DNA of 63,715 nt, the filler included, from Albugo candida (lineage: Eukaryota): the NCBI GenBank assembly GCA_040437565.1. It is 23 parts of 23 records of this genome, joined end to end, with 100 filler letters (N's around TTAATTAATTAA, not from the genome) between each part and the next. Parts side by side here need not be neighbours in the genome. Positions count along the whole stretch, not along the records: positions 36,798 to 39,434 come from JBDOQK010000276.1; positions 39,535 to 42,169 come from JBDOQK010000277.1; positions 42,270 to 44,885 come from JBDOQK010000278.1; positions 44,986 to 47,598 come from JBDOQK010000279.1; positions 47,699 to 50,303 come from JBDOQK010000280.1; positions 50,404 to 52,997 come from JBDOQK010000281.1; 17 more parts are not named here. One strand, written 5' to 3'. How positions within the stretch are numbered: the stretch's first letter is position 1; each line of letters begins with the position of its first letter. This document shows positions 37,534 through 50,769 of the stretch, piece after piece. A model generated the notes under the pieces. It was not told the DNA's origin and did not search any database. It was given only the letters and a program-made list of their open reading frames with translations. A program made the position numbers and the translations under genes.

Positions 37534-39434
37534 TCTATTTATTAAAAAGATTGAATTTTCTCTAAAAAACAGTCCTAATCACCATATATAGTAATCAGAT
37601 TTTTAAATATTTTTTAGCAGCTGACAAATAATAAATTAATTTTCAAAAAGTGTCAGCTCCTTTTTTTTTGCACTTTCAATATTTTTACTACTAAGCAATG
37701 TCATCAGATCGTGCATTCACTTTTGTTAACGAATTTGACAACGACGGAAGAAGAGCAAGAAGAAGATTAAATGAAGATGGAGATGGAATCGAGATTCCTC
37801 CATCTGTTGAGCAGAGTGCAAGTAGTTCCTCTCCACGATCTACTATTTGTGCCTCTTGCCAACAACCTGGCCATTTAAGAAGTAGCAGTCGACTTTGTCG
37901 TAATTACGTACCTCGACGTGTAGCTACTGATCCCGTTAGTAGTTGAGAGAATAAGCTAATGCATTAAGTGAGACTAATGAGAATATCTTTTTTTTCCCTT
38001 TAATAAAAGAACCCCCCTCCCCCTCCAAGAGTTAATGAAAACCTTAATATTGCAAGATCTACTGCGGGTAGAAATTTAATTGTTAGACATGACTCTGGAC
38101 AAATGAACATTAGTTGTACCTTTTGTCATGCTTTAATGTGGTCAGACGAAAAAACCAATAAGTCAAATAGAAACCCTGAATTTCAGTTATGTTGTGGTAA
38201 AGGGCAATACATAATTCAACCTTTTCCTTCTACACCACCTTTGATTTCCAACATGCTCAGAGGAAACAATGCAATTTCAAAGGAGTTTAAGTTGAACATT
38301 AGATCTTACAATTCGTCATTGTCATTTACTTCTCTCGGTGTTAATTTAGACAGAAGTGTACAAAATAGAATTGGAGGTGCATACGCTTTTCGAATCCATG
38401 GTAGTATGTATCACCGTATTGGAATGTCTTTAGAACCAAGAGAGGGGCAAGCACCAAATTTTGCTCAAATTTATGTTTATGATTCTGCCAACGAGTTACA
38501 AAATAGACATGCAATTGCTCAACATGTTTCTATTGCTACTCTTGAAAGTCTTCAGAATTTAATGCATGAAGTGAACCCTTATGCCAGAGATTTCAAAACA
38601 ATGGCCCAATTGGATAGAGAAACTCCTGGAGGTTTAGCTGATGTTAGTATGGTTTTTCGTGCTGAAAATACTCCTGATCCTAGACGGTATAATGCACCAA
38701 CTACATCAACTGAAATTGGTGTTTTAATTGTTGGAGCAGATGGTGGTAGAGATCCTAATCAATCTACATACAGAGATATTGTGATTAGACTCAACAACAA
38801 CAATAACAATCAACAACAACAGTCCACTCAATTTCAGACTATAAATGAAATTAATCAACACTACGATCCTATGCAGTATGTATTAATGTTTCCTTCGGGT
38901 AATCCTGGATGGAATATGGAATCAACAACCAATGATGGATCTAAAAAAGTAACTATCATGCAATTTTATCGCTTTCATTTGATGTATCGTCCTTCTTCTT
39001 CTCCTGTTATTGGTATTTGTGATATTCATTTGTTTTGCGCATTATTCCATCAATACGTTGTAGATATGTATGCAAAAATGGAGCAAGAACGTTTGAATTT
39101 TATTCGTCGTAACCAAAACACTTTGCGTTGTGAATTATATAATAATCTTCAAGATGCTATGCTTGCCGAGGATTTTGATGCTTCCGTTACAGGAAAAAAA
39201 TATATCCTTCCTTCCTCATTTATTGGCAGTCCCCGTCATATGGCTCAATTATACCAAGATGCAATGTCAATCGTACGTAGATATGGTAAGCCCGACCTTT
39301 TCATAACCTTTACATGTAATCCTAGCTGGCCTGAGATACAGCGTGAATTGTTATATGGTCAAGCTGCAAGTGATCGTCCTGATCTTTGTAGTAGGGTTTT
39401 TCATTTGAAGTTGAAGGCTTTGTTAACTGATCTT
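37534..39434 (+). mobile_element. Helitron 5' end and RepHel N-terminus (Rep domain), 3' partial
   Basis: A|TCTATTTATTAAAA terminus. Exon 1 starts at 37698 (CASCQQPGH...C); intron 37935-38009. Motifs CTFCHALMWSDE, CCGKG, FRIHG, FAQIYVYD, YDPMQYVLMFP, LPSSFIGSPRHM and GKPDLFITFTCNPSWPEI. Confidence 0.95.
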
Positions 39435-39925
39435 NNNNNNNNNNNNNNNNNNNNNNNNNNNNNNNNNNNNNNNNNNNNTTAATTAATTAANNNNNNNNNN
39501 NNNNNNNNNNNNNNNNNNNNNNNNNNNNNNNNNNCAATTAAACTAAATTTGGAAGCGATGGCAATCATCATTTATATAATACATATACAAATAAATAAAC
39601 AATACAGAAGCAGATTTTTTTTTAATAACTGGCAAAAGATTTATTTCGTGTAACAAAATTAAATGAAAAATGTATTTTTTTTATGAAAGGATAAAGACTG
39701 AATAAAGAAAAAAAAGGAAAAGATCGAATAGAGAAAAAAAAAGAAATAAAAAAGAAATAAAAAAAAAGAAACGATTTTTTTTTACGATATCGCCTTTTAC
39801 AAAAAAGAAAAAACGAAGAAAGAAAAGCTACTCTAAATTATACTTACCTGATGACAGCACCTATTGAACATGGTATATCCTTTGGAGAACCCAAAAAAAG
39901 TACTGCCATTTTCACCTCATCATTA

Positions 39926-42169
39926 TTAATCGCTTTCAAGGTCTTCACCTAACTCCAACCAGTAGTAAAGCAAAACCGATTCCTTCGCAGTGTTAGGCAG
40001 CATGTTGGCTCGAGAAGTCGTCATAAAACTTCTGGTTTTGCTGAAGAGTCTTTCAACCGGAGTAGAGCTAGCAGGCGCACCTAAGTATCTTTTTGCCATT
40101 TTTGATAAGTTCGGAAACCTGCCTTCATTAACCCTCCAAAAGTTCAATTGTGATTCGTTGAAGTCCGCATTCAATGTAATAACAGGTTCAGACAAGTACA
40201 GATCAAGTTCATCCGCTACAATTTCAGGATCTTGAGGAACGCTATCGTTTCTTCTTCTCTTCTTACTTCTCATTGAAGAAAGATCACCATAAAAGGACGA
40301 CTTGCTTGACATCGCATCCATTCTAAAAAAAGGTTAAGAAAAGTTAAATCGTGCACGCAAAAAATGTAATAATATAATGTAATATTACCTAGCCTGATAT
40401 AAATTGCTTAACTCAGCACCTTCGTTCACTATAAGACTTGCTGCAGAACCGACTGTTGTTCGAGAGACCAATGATACAGTATCGCGTGTTGAGCTTCCAG
40501 TTGCTTCTTCTTGTTCGATACTTGGCTTAAAATAAGTCTTCCATTCAAAATACACCTTCTCCTTAGCGATATCCATATAAGAGTCACCACCTTCAACTGG
40601 CCCACCATTATTCCATCCTTCTTCTTCCCAATACTTCAGCTTTAATGAAGGATCTAAAGCGGTGGCGATTGCGTATACAGGAGAATTATCAGTTTTCGTA
40701 TAGTAGGACTTGAGCTTAGCCATACAAGCTTTGACGCCGTCAATTAATACACCTTTATAGACATGAAAAGCAGCACAGTTTACAATTTCATCATATTTGC
40801 CAGGATCTTCAGTATCAGTAGAATCACCTTCGAGAGTAGTCAAAAAGTCTTCAACTTCGTCAAGAATCAAATTATAACAAATTACAGTGTTATTGATAGT
40901 GGGAAACCTAAAAAAAAATAAAAGTAGTATTAGTAAAAAGAACAACAACAGGAAATTATTTTCGAATAAAATAGGTACCTTTCATGAGATAGCCAAGTAG
41001 TTGCCTCATAGAAATATTTCAAAAAGCAAGAAACACACGTCAAATATTTCACATCATCCGGACTAATAGCATATTGATGAAGCTTGCTGCTGTTCTTGTA
41101 GCACACCTCATTATAAACATCGGCAACGACAAGCACACAAGTTATCATATCGAAAGTTGAATTCCAGCGAGTCTTGCAGTCGTAGATTAGCTTTAACACC
41201 TTCGCAGTTGGTCTCCTAGCTTTGAAAGCTTCATAGTAATCTCTCTTGTAGTTGGCCGATGCACGAATCTTGATGATACCCCTTCTTATTCTATTGATAG
41301 GATTGGTTTTCACTTCAAAATCATCTTCTTCCTCTAAAATACCACTAGCATAAAATTCAGAAATAGATTGTTGTTCAGGTGCAGCAGATTTAAATCCATT
41401 TTCCAACAAAGCGATTACTGATAAGTGTATAACATGATTGATACATCCAATTATATGTTCGTCCTTGTAAAATCGGTACAAGCCACTAAATCTATTTGAC
41501 ATACTATAATCCTCAATCACTTTTCCCATCTTCATATTGTTTTTCGCGTTGTCACAGGTGATGGTTGCAAGCTTGTCTAAAATTCCATAATCACAAAGCA
41601 GACCCAAAAACATGTCCGCCATGTATTCACCCGTATGGCTTTCTTGTGCAGAATCAAATCCGATTACCACATTTTCCATCTTCCAGTCCTTGTTAATAAA
41701 ATGAGCACAAACACCCAACATGTCTACACCGGTTGCACTAGTCCACATGTCCAACGTAAAAGATAACGATTCTTGTGATTGTAATAAAGATTTGATTTTT
41801 TCTTTGTGTTCGTCATACATGTCAGTAATCCTTCTTCTAATTGTTGTAGCTGAAGCAATTTTTACATCTGTCTTTTTGGTGGCGTTATAACATAAGTATG
41901 CAAATTGTTGTAATGAGGGACTGTTGGCGATTCTAAATGATAATTGATGATTCAAGATCAGTTTAATTAATGCATCGGTGATAGTATCTTTATTAACAAT
42001 TTCGCTACGTATGATGTTTGAAAAAAGAGAGCTGGATCCAGAATTTGAAGAATAGTGACTATGAAGACTACTTTGTTGAGGGCCGGAAATAGACAGCTGC
42101 TTATGTGTTTCAATGACTATTAAAAAGTGGATTAATAAAAAAATCGATTGCTTTTTTGTTTGTTAAGAA
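39926..42169 (-). mobile_element. hAT transposase with C-terminal dimerisation domain, spliced, 5' partial
   Basis: FTLDMWTS, HTGEYMA, TCDNAKN, CINHVIHL, DCKTRWNSTFDM, ATALDP and FPNLSKMAKRYLGAPASSTPVERLFS. Confidence 0.93.
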
Positions 42170-43128
42170 NNNNNNNNNNNNNNNNNNNNNNNNNNNNNNN
42201 NNNNNNNNNNNNNTTAATTAATTAANNNNNNNNNNNNNNNNNNNNNNNNNNNNNNNNNNNNNNNNNNNNTAATTTGCATACAGTATGATTTCACATGATC
42301 TTTCTCTCTTGTTGTTATTGTCGTTTAAGGTAGGATTCATGTTTTAGAATAAAGATATTTTTAAAGTGAAAAAATTAAATAAAATTAAGCTATAGTACAA
42401 TAGGAACTATATATACTAAATCTGATTAAATTATTTAATTTCATCTTTATAAAATATCAAACCTCATTATATGATGAACGGAATGTAAGAACATTTTCTT
42501 ACACCGCCTGAAAGTCCTAAATCAGACAGAAGAAAAGCAAAATCTGCCCTTAAAATAATGCCAGCCCCCTTTTTTTTTTTTTTTTTTTTTTTTGCTTTTT
42601 CACTATTTTCTATTTTCGTTGACATGGCAATGACTAGACCACTAAGCACAAACTGCGTTATACTTTCCAAAAAGGAGATGCTTAAGTTAGAAGCGGACAT
42701 TTCATAAGCTATACGATTAGCCAACAAAGATCAAAATGACCTCTTTTTTTACAATTTTGACCAAATGTTAAACAAGTGGGAGAAAGCTTGTCTTGACTTT
42801 ACCATCCCTCAAGCAATAATTTTTTTATTATACTTTTGTGACTTTGGTCATTATTAGCAAACAATAATTAGATGATTCAACTCAATTGATTCGACTATAT
42901 TACTTTTCAAGAGCAATTTCAACAAAATGATCCTGAAGAGGACGGTAATGATTCAGATTAAACAAGTTTCAATAAAAACCTTTTCAACATTAACAGTTTT
43001 GATAATATAAAATTCTTTTTTTATACGTTTTTTTATTAATATAGTGTAGAATTTAAAACAAACAATGTATAAGAATAAACGCAAAGAAGAGCGGAATAGT
43101 GAGAGTGTATTGATTAGAGGATAATTTT

Positions 43129-44429
43129 TTATTGATATGATTTGTTGTCGAAATTAGGGGAAAAATCATATTTACAAACATTTTTATGCTTTTTCATAAG
43201 ATTTTTGTGGCAAGGATTGATTTCTGCTGACCACTCTGCATAAGGACCATCAGTATTTCTTCTGGCGAAATACCAATGATCATCAACCAAGAAAATAATA
43301 ATTGGATGAAAGGCATCCCATAGTTTCATCTCAAACAATGGGACATAGGTCAACCTGTTGTTGTTGTACACTTGGTTTTCGTCTTCATCAACTTCAGGTC
43401 CCGTTGAAAAAATGCGAGGTGATGACGAGAGAGAAATGACCGGGAGTTGATAGGTGTCAGCAACAATCTGGGGGCAACATTCAGTGCTGAACCACAAACG
43501 AGGGATATTTTTGCACCCTTTCTTCCAGCTCAAAGCAGCTTCGATCGTATTCAAGTCTGACCCAAAATCCTTATAAACATTTTTATATTTTTTGAAAGTT
43601 TGAAGCATCTCATCCTTTACTTTCTTCCATTTAAATTCATCTCCGTAAACAGCAAGAGCCACCGCACGGAACCCACAATTACCATCGGGATTGGGACTAA
43701 CCAAAGCCTTAGTTTGATTTGCATCAATATCGTTCATCTTGGCAAAAAGCTCTCGGTTTTCTTTACGAGTGAAAATACACCCTTTGCTGTCTCTAAAAAT
43801 TCAAATAAAAAAACGCGTTTAATGGATCCATCTAAATTCATAATAATTCTTGCTACTTACATTTTGATTTCAGGTGCAGCAACCTTTTTCTGTGTATAAT
43901 AACAATTTTTGATTAGAAATTTAATTCGTAATATCCTGTAATTGTGCAAGAATACAAACTGCAAATATAACAGCAACAAAACATTGTTTCCCAAAATTTA
44001 CATATTTGTATTTTACCATAATTTTATTAAAATTACCTTTAAAGGAGAATGATTATGCTCAAAGCAAGCTTCTTTGACCGAGTAGAAGGGTGATTCCTTG
44101 GTCTTTGATATTTTAATCAAGGCTTTGCAACCAGTTTTGGTCACTTCATATGTTGCAATTATATTAGTTCAAAGTTAAAAAATACTTTTCTTATTCTAAA
44201 ATGTTTATTATTATTTACCTTCTCCTGTCTTTGAAGCATGGTATTCACCGCGTCTCTTGCATTTCATCCATATATAACTGGCGCCACTCTTACCAATACA
44301 GAAGGGAGTTCCGGTTTCTCTACTCAAGCTGACTATATTTCTTTTTATTTCAGCTAGAGTTTCGGTAAACTCCTCTCCAACAGCATATTTTTGTTCAAAA
44401 GAATTTTCTTGAGTTCGAGTGCGAGTCAT
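43129..44429 (-). mobile_element. MULE-derived gene: FAR1/WRKY-like zinc domain exons joined to an OTU-like cysteine protease
   Basis: Exons WMKCKRRGEY and TKTGCKALIKI...HNHSP, then PDGNCGFRAVA...PQIVADTY...DHWY (OTU Cys and His). Confidence 0.7.
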
Positions 44430-45043
44430 TTTAAGGTTTTAATAAAAAAATAATGAAAAAAGAAAAAAAAAGAAAATAAAAAAAGAGGGGGGAAGGAAAT
44501 CGTCCTTTTCAGATTCCTCACTTTTAGTTTTTAGTGAAAAAAAAATAAAAATTGACTATTTCAGTTTTTTAGTTTTTAGTGAAAAAAAAATAAAAATTCA
44601 CTATTTTTTATTTAAGATCGAACCTTAAAGACAATGAGATCTATATACTATCTTCCTTTTTAAACATGAACTTTAACAAATAAAACAATTTGTACATGAC
44701 CATCTTTCAACTGCAATCCTTTCAAAAAAAAAAGATGTATTGGCATTGGTCTAGTCGTCAGTTTTTTAATAAAAAGATAGCAAATTGTATTTTCCATTTA
44801 TTAAATATCATCAATACATTAATACAAATTTTGGATATTTTTGAAAAAAAGTTAATTTAGCATCACTATGTCGAAGAATGTTTATNNNNNNNNNNNNNNN
44901 NNNNNNNNNNNNNNNNNNNNNNNNNNNNNTTAATTAATTAANNNNNNNNNNNNNNNNNNNNNNNNNNNNNNNNNNNNNNNNNNNNCACATAAGTAAGTTT
45001 TTTTAGAAAGTCATAATATGGATCGACCATAATATGGGTCAAC

Positions 45044-45458
45044 TGTCATGAACTTAATTAGGTTATTCTAGTTCTATTCAATAACTAGCTATTAACCTCC
45101 CTTATTCCATTTACCACCAGTTCTCCCGTTATTACATTACGACCTACATTGGTCGTATTTCATTTATATCTATTACTCCCTCATTATGAATTAACCCACT
45201 TATCTTATTATTATATTATCAACTACAGTATAGTCTTATTAGAATAGATCACTACTTCCCGGCTCCTATTTCGGTTGATGGATTATTATAAATACATCAA
45301 CCTTTTTCTACTTTCCCTTTTCTCTTTATCTAGTATCTTATCTAATAAACTATTATCTTGTTAACCAACTCTTATCTGCTTATTCTTGTCTCTGCCTGAA
45401 CTGTAAAGTATATTCCCCATACCACTTACACTTCCCCGTCCCCGAATAGTCCTTGACA
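45044..45458 (+). promoter_or_regulatory. Complete 5' LTR (415 bp) of a Ty3/gypsy element
   Basis: Imperfect terminal inverted repeat TGTCATGAAC...GTCCTTGACA, TATAAATA at 45287 and AATAAA at about 45344. Confidence 0.8.
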
Positions 45459-45719
45459 TTATACTAGATCAAAAAACTAACGTTGTTATATACTATAGAT
45501 CTTTTAATACTCTATTATATATAACTACAACCAATCAGAACTTCGCCTGAACACGTGACTGATCACCTGACTCAAAAATCATCATTTTAGCACGTGACCT
45601 AATCACCTGACCAACCACCTGACTTTTTATCACGTGACAATCACCTGACTTTTTTTTTATCACCTGACTTTATTTACTCAAAAACTTCAAAAACTACAAA
45701 AACATTAAATAACTTTAAC

Positions 45720-47598
45720 ATGTCTCAACAAATAACACCTGAACAAATCCTTAACGATCTCGTAATTCGCTTTAATGCTTTACAAGAGTCGTTACCTGAA
45801 CAATTGGAACGTCTTTCCACCTCTCTCAGTAACGTCGAAGTACGTTTGGCACAATCCGAAGATCGATATGTGGCTTTAGAAACTGATATTAGTACGCGGA
45901 TTGCAGGGGAGATCCAGCAGATGTTGGAGCAAACGCGTGTCACCTTGGATAGTTTTTCAAGTGAAATGAAGAATTTCTTGGAAACTAATTTTGTAAAGAA
46001 GATTCAAGAAGAACCTTCTCCCGTACCTGTACCTGTACCTGTTGCTCGTAGTCAGCAACAAGTAGTTAATTTGAAACCTCCTACTGTTTTCACCGGAAAA
46101 AGTAGTGCCTGTGAAATGTTTTTTATGCAACTTGCTTTGATCTTCAGAAATCAACCTGATGTATATCGAGAAGATATACTAAAAATAAATTATGCCTTGT
46201 CTTACGTCGATCAAAAGGTATTGGATTATTTCAAACCTTATCTTGAATATTTCGACGATCCTAGTATCCCTGAACCCGAAGTCTTGACTAATTATGGAAC
46301 TTTTAAATCAGTTGTTATAGCTGCTTTTGGTGATCCTAATCCGATATATAACGCAGAAAGACAGCTTGATAGATTAAAACAAACCGGTCGAGTGTCTGAA
46401 TACGCAAGTGAATTCCGTAGCATTACAGCAAAATTAAAATGGAACGACGAAGCTTATCTTTCACACTACCGTTCTGGATTAAAGGAATACGTACAAACTG
46501 AAGTTGCACGTCGTCTCACACCATTTAAAACCCTAGATGAATTAATCAAATACTCTATCGATGCGGAAAATCGTCTTTATCCACATATTAGACAAATTGA
46601 ACTTGAACAACAAGCGTTTGCGCGTAGACATTTGAATCATAATAGTTATAATAACAGTTACTACAACAATAATCACAATAATTTTGTACAACAGCAATCC
46701 TCTTCAAGTTCCAGTAACAATAATCATCATGCTAATGCTACGGCTGGTCCCACCCCAATGGATACTGCTGCCACTTTGACTCCTTCTCATTATCAACAAC
46801 AACCTATCACAGATGTTGTTCGTAGTTATAGACTGGCCAATAGCCTGTGTTTATATTGTGGTGGAGCTAATCATAAGGTCAAGGATTGTCGCAGCAGAAA
46901 AGACAAACAAGTAGCATCTTCTTTGGTCTCTACCATTCTTGCGGAACAAGATTTTCGTAGTTCGTATCGTGATTATTCTGATTCTGGGAACAGTTTTCTC
47001 AATAGTATAACAGCCGAACCAAGACCTCGTTATAATGTGAACAGCCTGGATTGTCTTCCTTCTCAAAGTCACCTTCTTTTTGCACACTTATCAGCTCTTA
47101 TGCGTAAGGATACATCGGACTTAGCATCTTTGTTCATAGAAGGCAAACTTGAACCATTTTTGGTGCAAACTATTGATCGTAACATCTTAATTATCCCAGT
47201 TGAAATATTAGGTGGTGAAGGAAAAGTGATCAGAACTTTTGCATTGTTAGACAGTGGAGCAAGCGTATCATTTATCTCATCTCATCTCGTAAATACACAC
47301 AAGCTTCCTGTGTCGTCATCATCTTCTCCTATGGTTTACAAACTGGCCAATGGCGCAAAGCATCAGAATAACTCTATTAGTACTGTAGGATTACAAGTTT
47401 CTGGAACAAATCATCAAGAGACTATTTCGTTTAGACACTTGCCCAATGCAGCTTTTCCCATCATCTTAGGTAATTCTTGGTTGTCTCGTCATGATCCTGT
47501 TATTCATTGGAGAGAAGGCTTGGTAGGCTTGACTTGTCTTCACGATCGTTCTTCATCGATGCGTGCTTGTGATAGTACTCCTCTTCCAAGTCCAGTTA
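45720..47598 (+). mobile_element. Ty3/gypsy gag-protease single ORF, 3' partial
   Basis: KPPTVFTG, LKQTGRVSEYASEF, WNDEAYLSHYRSGL, CLYCGGANHKVKDC, LLDSGASVSFI and ILGNSWLSRHDPVIHW. Confidence 0.93.
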
Positions 47599-47698
47599 NN
47601 NNNNNNNNNNNNNNNNNNNNNNNNNNNNNNNNNNNNNNNNNNTTAATTAATTAANNNNNNNNNNNNNNNNNNNNNNNNNNNNNNNNNNNNNNNNNNNN

Positions 47699-47971
47699 CA
47701 GCTCTCTGCTCTCATAAAAGCATATGGAGGAGTCGTATTCGATGAGGAGGTACTACAAAGACCCGACATTACGAATGTGATACTTCTGGCAACTCCAAAT
47801 GCTTGGCGCAAAATGAAATTCATGTACGCTGTGGCGCGGGGAATTCCTGTCGTTCACACGGAATGGCTTCATACTTGCATCAAGACAAATTCAATTGTTG
47901 ATTGTTCTACTTTCCGACTTCCGTCGGGTTACTCCCGCTTATCCAGAAAATACGAATGTTTTCCTGTGTGA
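47699..47971 (+). CDS. BRCT domain fragment (53BP1/Crb2-like), partial
   Basis: IKAYGGVV...RKMKFMYAVARGIPVVHTEWLHTC...FRLPSG matches the pattern of a first BRCT repeat. Confidence 0.7.
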   Translation, partial: QLSALIKAYGGVVFDEEVLQRPDITNVILLATPNAWRKMKFMYAVARGIPVVHTEWLHTCIKTNSIVDCSTFRLPSGYSRLSRKYECFPV

Positions 47972-50769
47972 AACCCCCGGTCATTTGCTGTATTGACAAT
48001 TGGTTGTCAATTGGACGTGAATAATTTCATCTATCGCGAGATGCTGCGGTGCAACCAAAGTCATCGAACGCCTCTCATTGGCAACGACGCAACTTGTCGA
48101 TATTATTATATCGGAAGAATACACTGATGTATGCAAATAATTTTTTCTTCTTAAACGGCTAGCCGATATACTGACTGAGTCGTCTTCTTTTTTATGTTTG
48201 ACAGTGAAACGGGCTGGTGAGCAAATACAAGCATTTGAATCTCAAGGGATATATCTAGTGTCTCAGTAAGTTCCACAAAAGGTGCATATGTCAGAATAGT
48301 GCCTCATATACCGTTCATATACAGAAATGGACAGAAGCACAACATGTAGCAGCTCCTTCCGGTCATCATACATACGACGTTGTTTCGAAATTCATGAGAT
48401 CTCATACAGCTTAAGTATTTGAAACTGGTAGAAAAGATAATGATAATGTTGTGATTCAAGTGCAGCACACACCCTGGATAAGAGTAGAAAAAAGCTGATA
48501 TTGCGCATTGATAATGCCACCGATAAATGGTAAATTGCCCGGCTTTATTTTCCCACTATTGGCGATTCCGCGCGACAGATCTCAAAACTGGGTAACCCCG
48601 GTTTCGATGGTGAAAATACGTTCGCAACGGCATACGCAGAGGCCAGAAGAAGCTGATAGATTCGTCAACTAGATCGATTGTTTCCTAGGACCATAGTATT
48701 TCCTGGTAGATCCAATACAGTCCCCGTGTCACCACCGCATCGAGACCAAAGTCACAAAAAACATTTAATCATTTTCCAGCTACTATGAAAAGACAGCCAA
48801 CCTACAAAGGTATTCGACCACTCTTGAGACGTGATAGTCTAATTCACCTTCAAGCCCCGATGGAAACAATCTGCCGGTGAAATTGGACGAACAGTCGATA
48901 GAAAATGAGATTATCTGTAACTGTTGTCTGTGGTACGCGTGCTGCCCAATTCTTATCACTTCCAAGAACAATATTGAGGCCTTCTGAGCATAAATTAATA
49001 CTGAACTAGCCAATAAACTCGGGCTTTTGTAATTTAGCTGTCGTCGAGCAGACTGCAGAAATCATTCTCCTCGATACGTCCAGTGATGATGACAAGGTCG
49101 TTTCAAGCACAGAGCGATAGCGAGGCCTTGTAAAGCAAGATACTTAGATCTTCGGCTGAAAACAACACATATCGTCATTATACATAATAACGCAATCGAT
49201 TAGCCTCTTACTGAGGATCAACGCTGAAATGAGCCTTCAATGCATTGTCTTGGCAACAATTGGAGGGTATGATCAGAACATTATTGCTCACATCTTGGAA
49301 CAGCTTGAATCTTATTGTTTGTGTTCCGTACATCCACCATCGCTATAAGAGACGTTCATGCGGTAGATATAGGAATGCTGGCTCAAAATCACATACTAAC
49401 AAATTCATTTCGAGGTATAGCCTCAAGCTCAAAACAGATTTTTGTGTATTAGAGGACGTCAACGCACTCATAATTTGCGCAAATGGAAATGGTCAACTGC
49501 TGTCATTCTATAATCGCTATACTTTTCGACTAGAAAATCTTCGGCACCATCATTGATATCCAATGGAACTCGGAATAATCAGCCGTACTGTACTCTTGTA
49601 TATGAGGCCACGATGGATGCATCTTGTTGGCTACTAGTTTTTGCTTATTTCGAGTAAGTAAACGATCATCCCGTCTGAGTTATGCTGAACAACATACTGA
49701 CCGCTTTAGAATTTTCTCTAACGCAGTAGGATACTGGCTGTAGGGCACGACGGCATGCAAGTAAGACATACATTCTCCACAAGCAATATAACCATCTAGG
49801 AATTCAGGCAAACACTCCAGTAAAAGAGTCAGTGGCTTAGCTTAGCACAGGTTTGTGAACTAAGGACTTGATTGAACTTCACTTTTCGTTTTTACCAGCT
49901 CCGACACTACATTGGCTGATTCAGGTGGTCACGTGATGAAATGGAAACTAGAGCTGTTTGTCATTCATGCAAAACGGAACAAACCTGTATCGCAATATAC
50001 GAGGCTCTCGGAGGCCAAAGTGGAAAGCTTTCGCATGGTGCTCTTGTTTAATTTAATACTTGGCCACTCTCTTGCTCATCATGTATGCGGTTTTGACATG
50101 AAGCATTTTCCGAACCAAGCTGTGATCGTTCATATAGAATTATGAACGATCTGGTGGCTAGTAATCCGGCCAGATCAATATTTCTGATCTTACAAAGGCG
50201 TCGCTCTAAAATAGACGAGTAGGATCGCTGACAGCAAAACTTGTCCGCGTCCAATAAAATAAGTTGCTCGAATGCAGAATAGGCAATAGCATAAATTCAG
50301 TATNNNNNNNNNNNNNNNNNNNNNNNNNNNNNNNNNNNNNNNNNNNNTTAATTAATTAANNNNNNNNNNNNNNNNNNNNNNNNNNNNNNNNNNNNNNNNN
50401 NNNACTTCTACTACATTCCGGTAGCAAAGCCCCTTCGCTTCGCTACGGGTTTGCTGACCTTCATTACGTAGAAGTACGCTTCGCTTTAAAAAAGCCCTAG
50501 CACCTGCGGTGGGCATGCCTGCGGCGCAACTATGGGCGCACTCAATGCTTTAAAAGTATTTGTTAATAAATGTTTTTTCAGAATTTAAATTACACGTGCT
50601 TGTTTTAATTTTCAGCATTACAAATTACAAATATAGAAAAAATTGGAGACATTTGCATTAACTAAAGCTCTGAGGCTGATGTGTTCATTAGTATTCAAAG
50701 AGTACATTTTCATTGCCATTAAGCCGCATTTGTAAATTTATAAATTGAGTTTTACTTAAAAAAAATTAT

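Noticed and set aside
39840..39850. ATACTTACCTG, identical to the U1 snRNA 5' end
   Set aside because: No U1 stem-loops or Sm site follow; it is better explained as a minus-strand splice donor CAG|GTAAGTAT.
44522..44606. ~45-bp direct duplication upstream of the MULE-derived gene, considered as a TIR
   Set aside because: It is low-complexity and direct rather than inverted, and no partner was found at the other end.
44986..45045. Pogo/Tc1-like terminus (reverse complement CAGTTGACCCATATTATG) abutting the LTR
   Set aside because: Only about 60 bp are available, with no TA target site or second end to confirm it.
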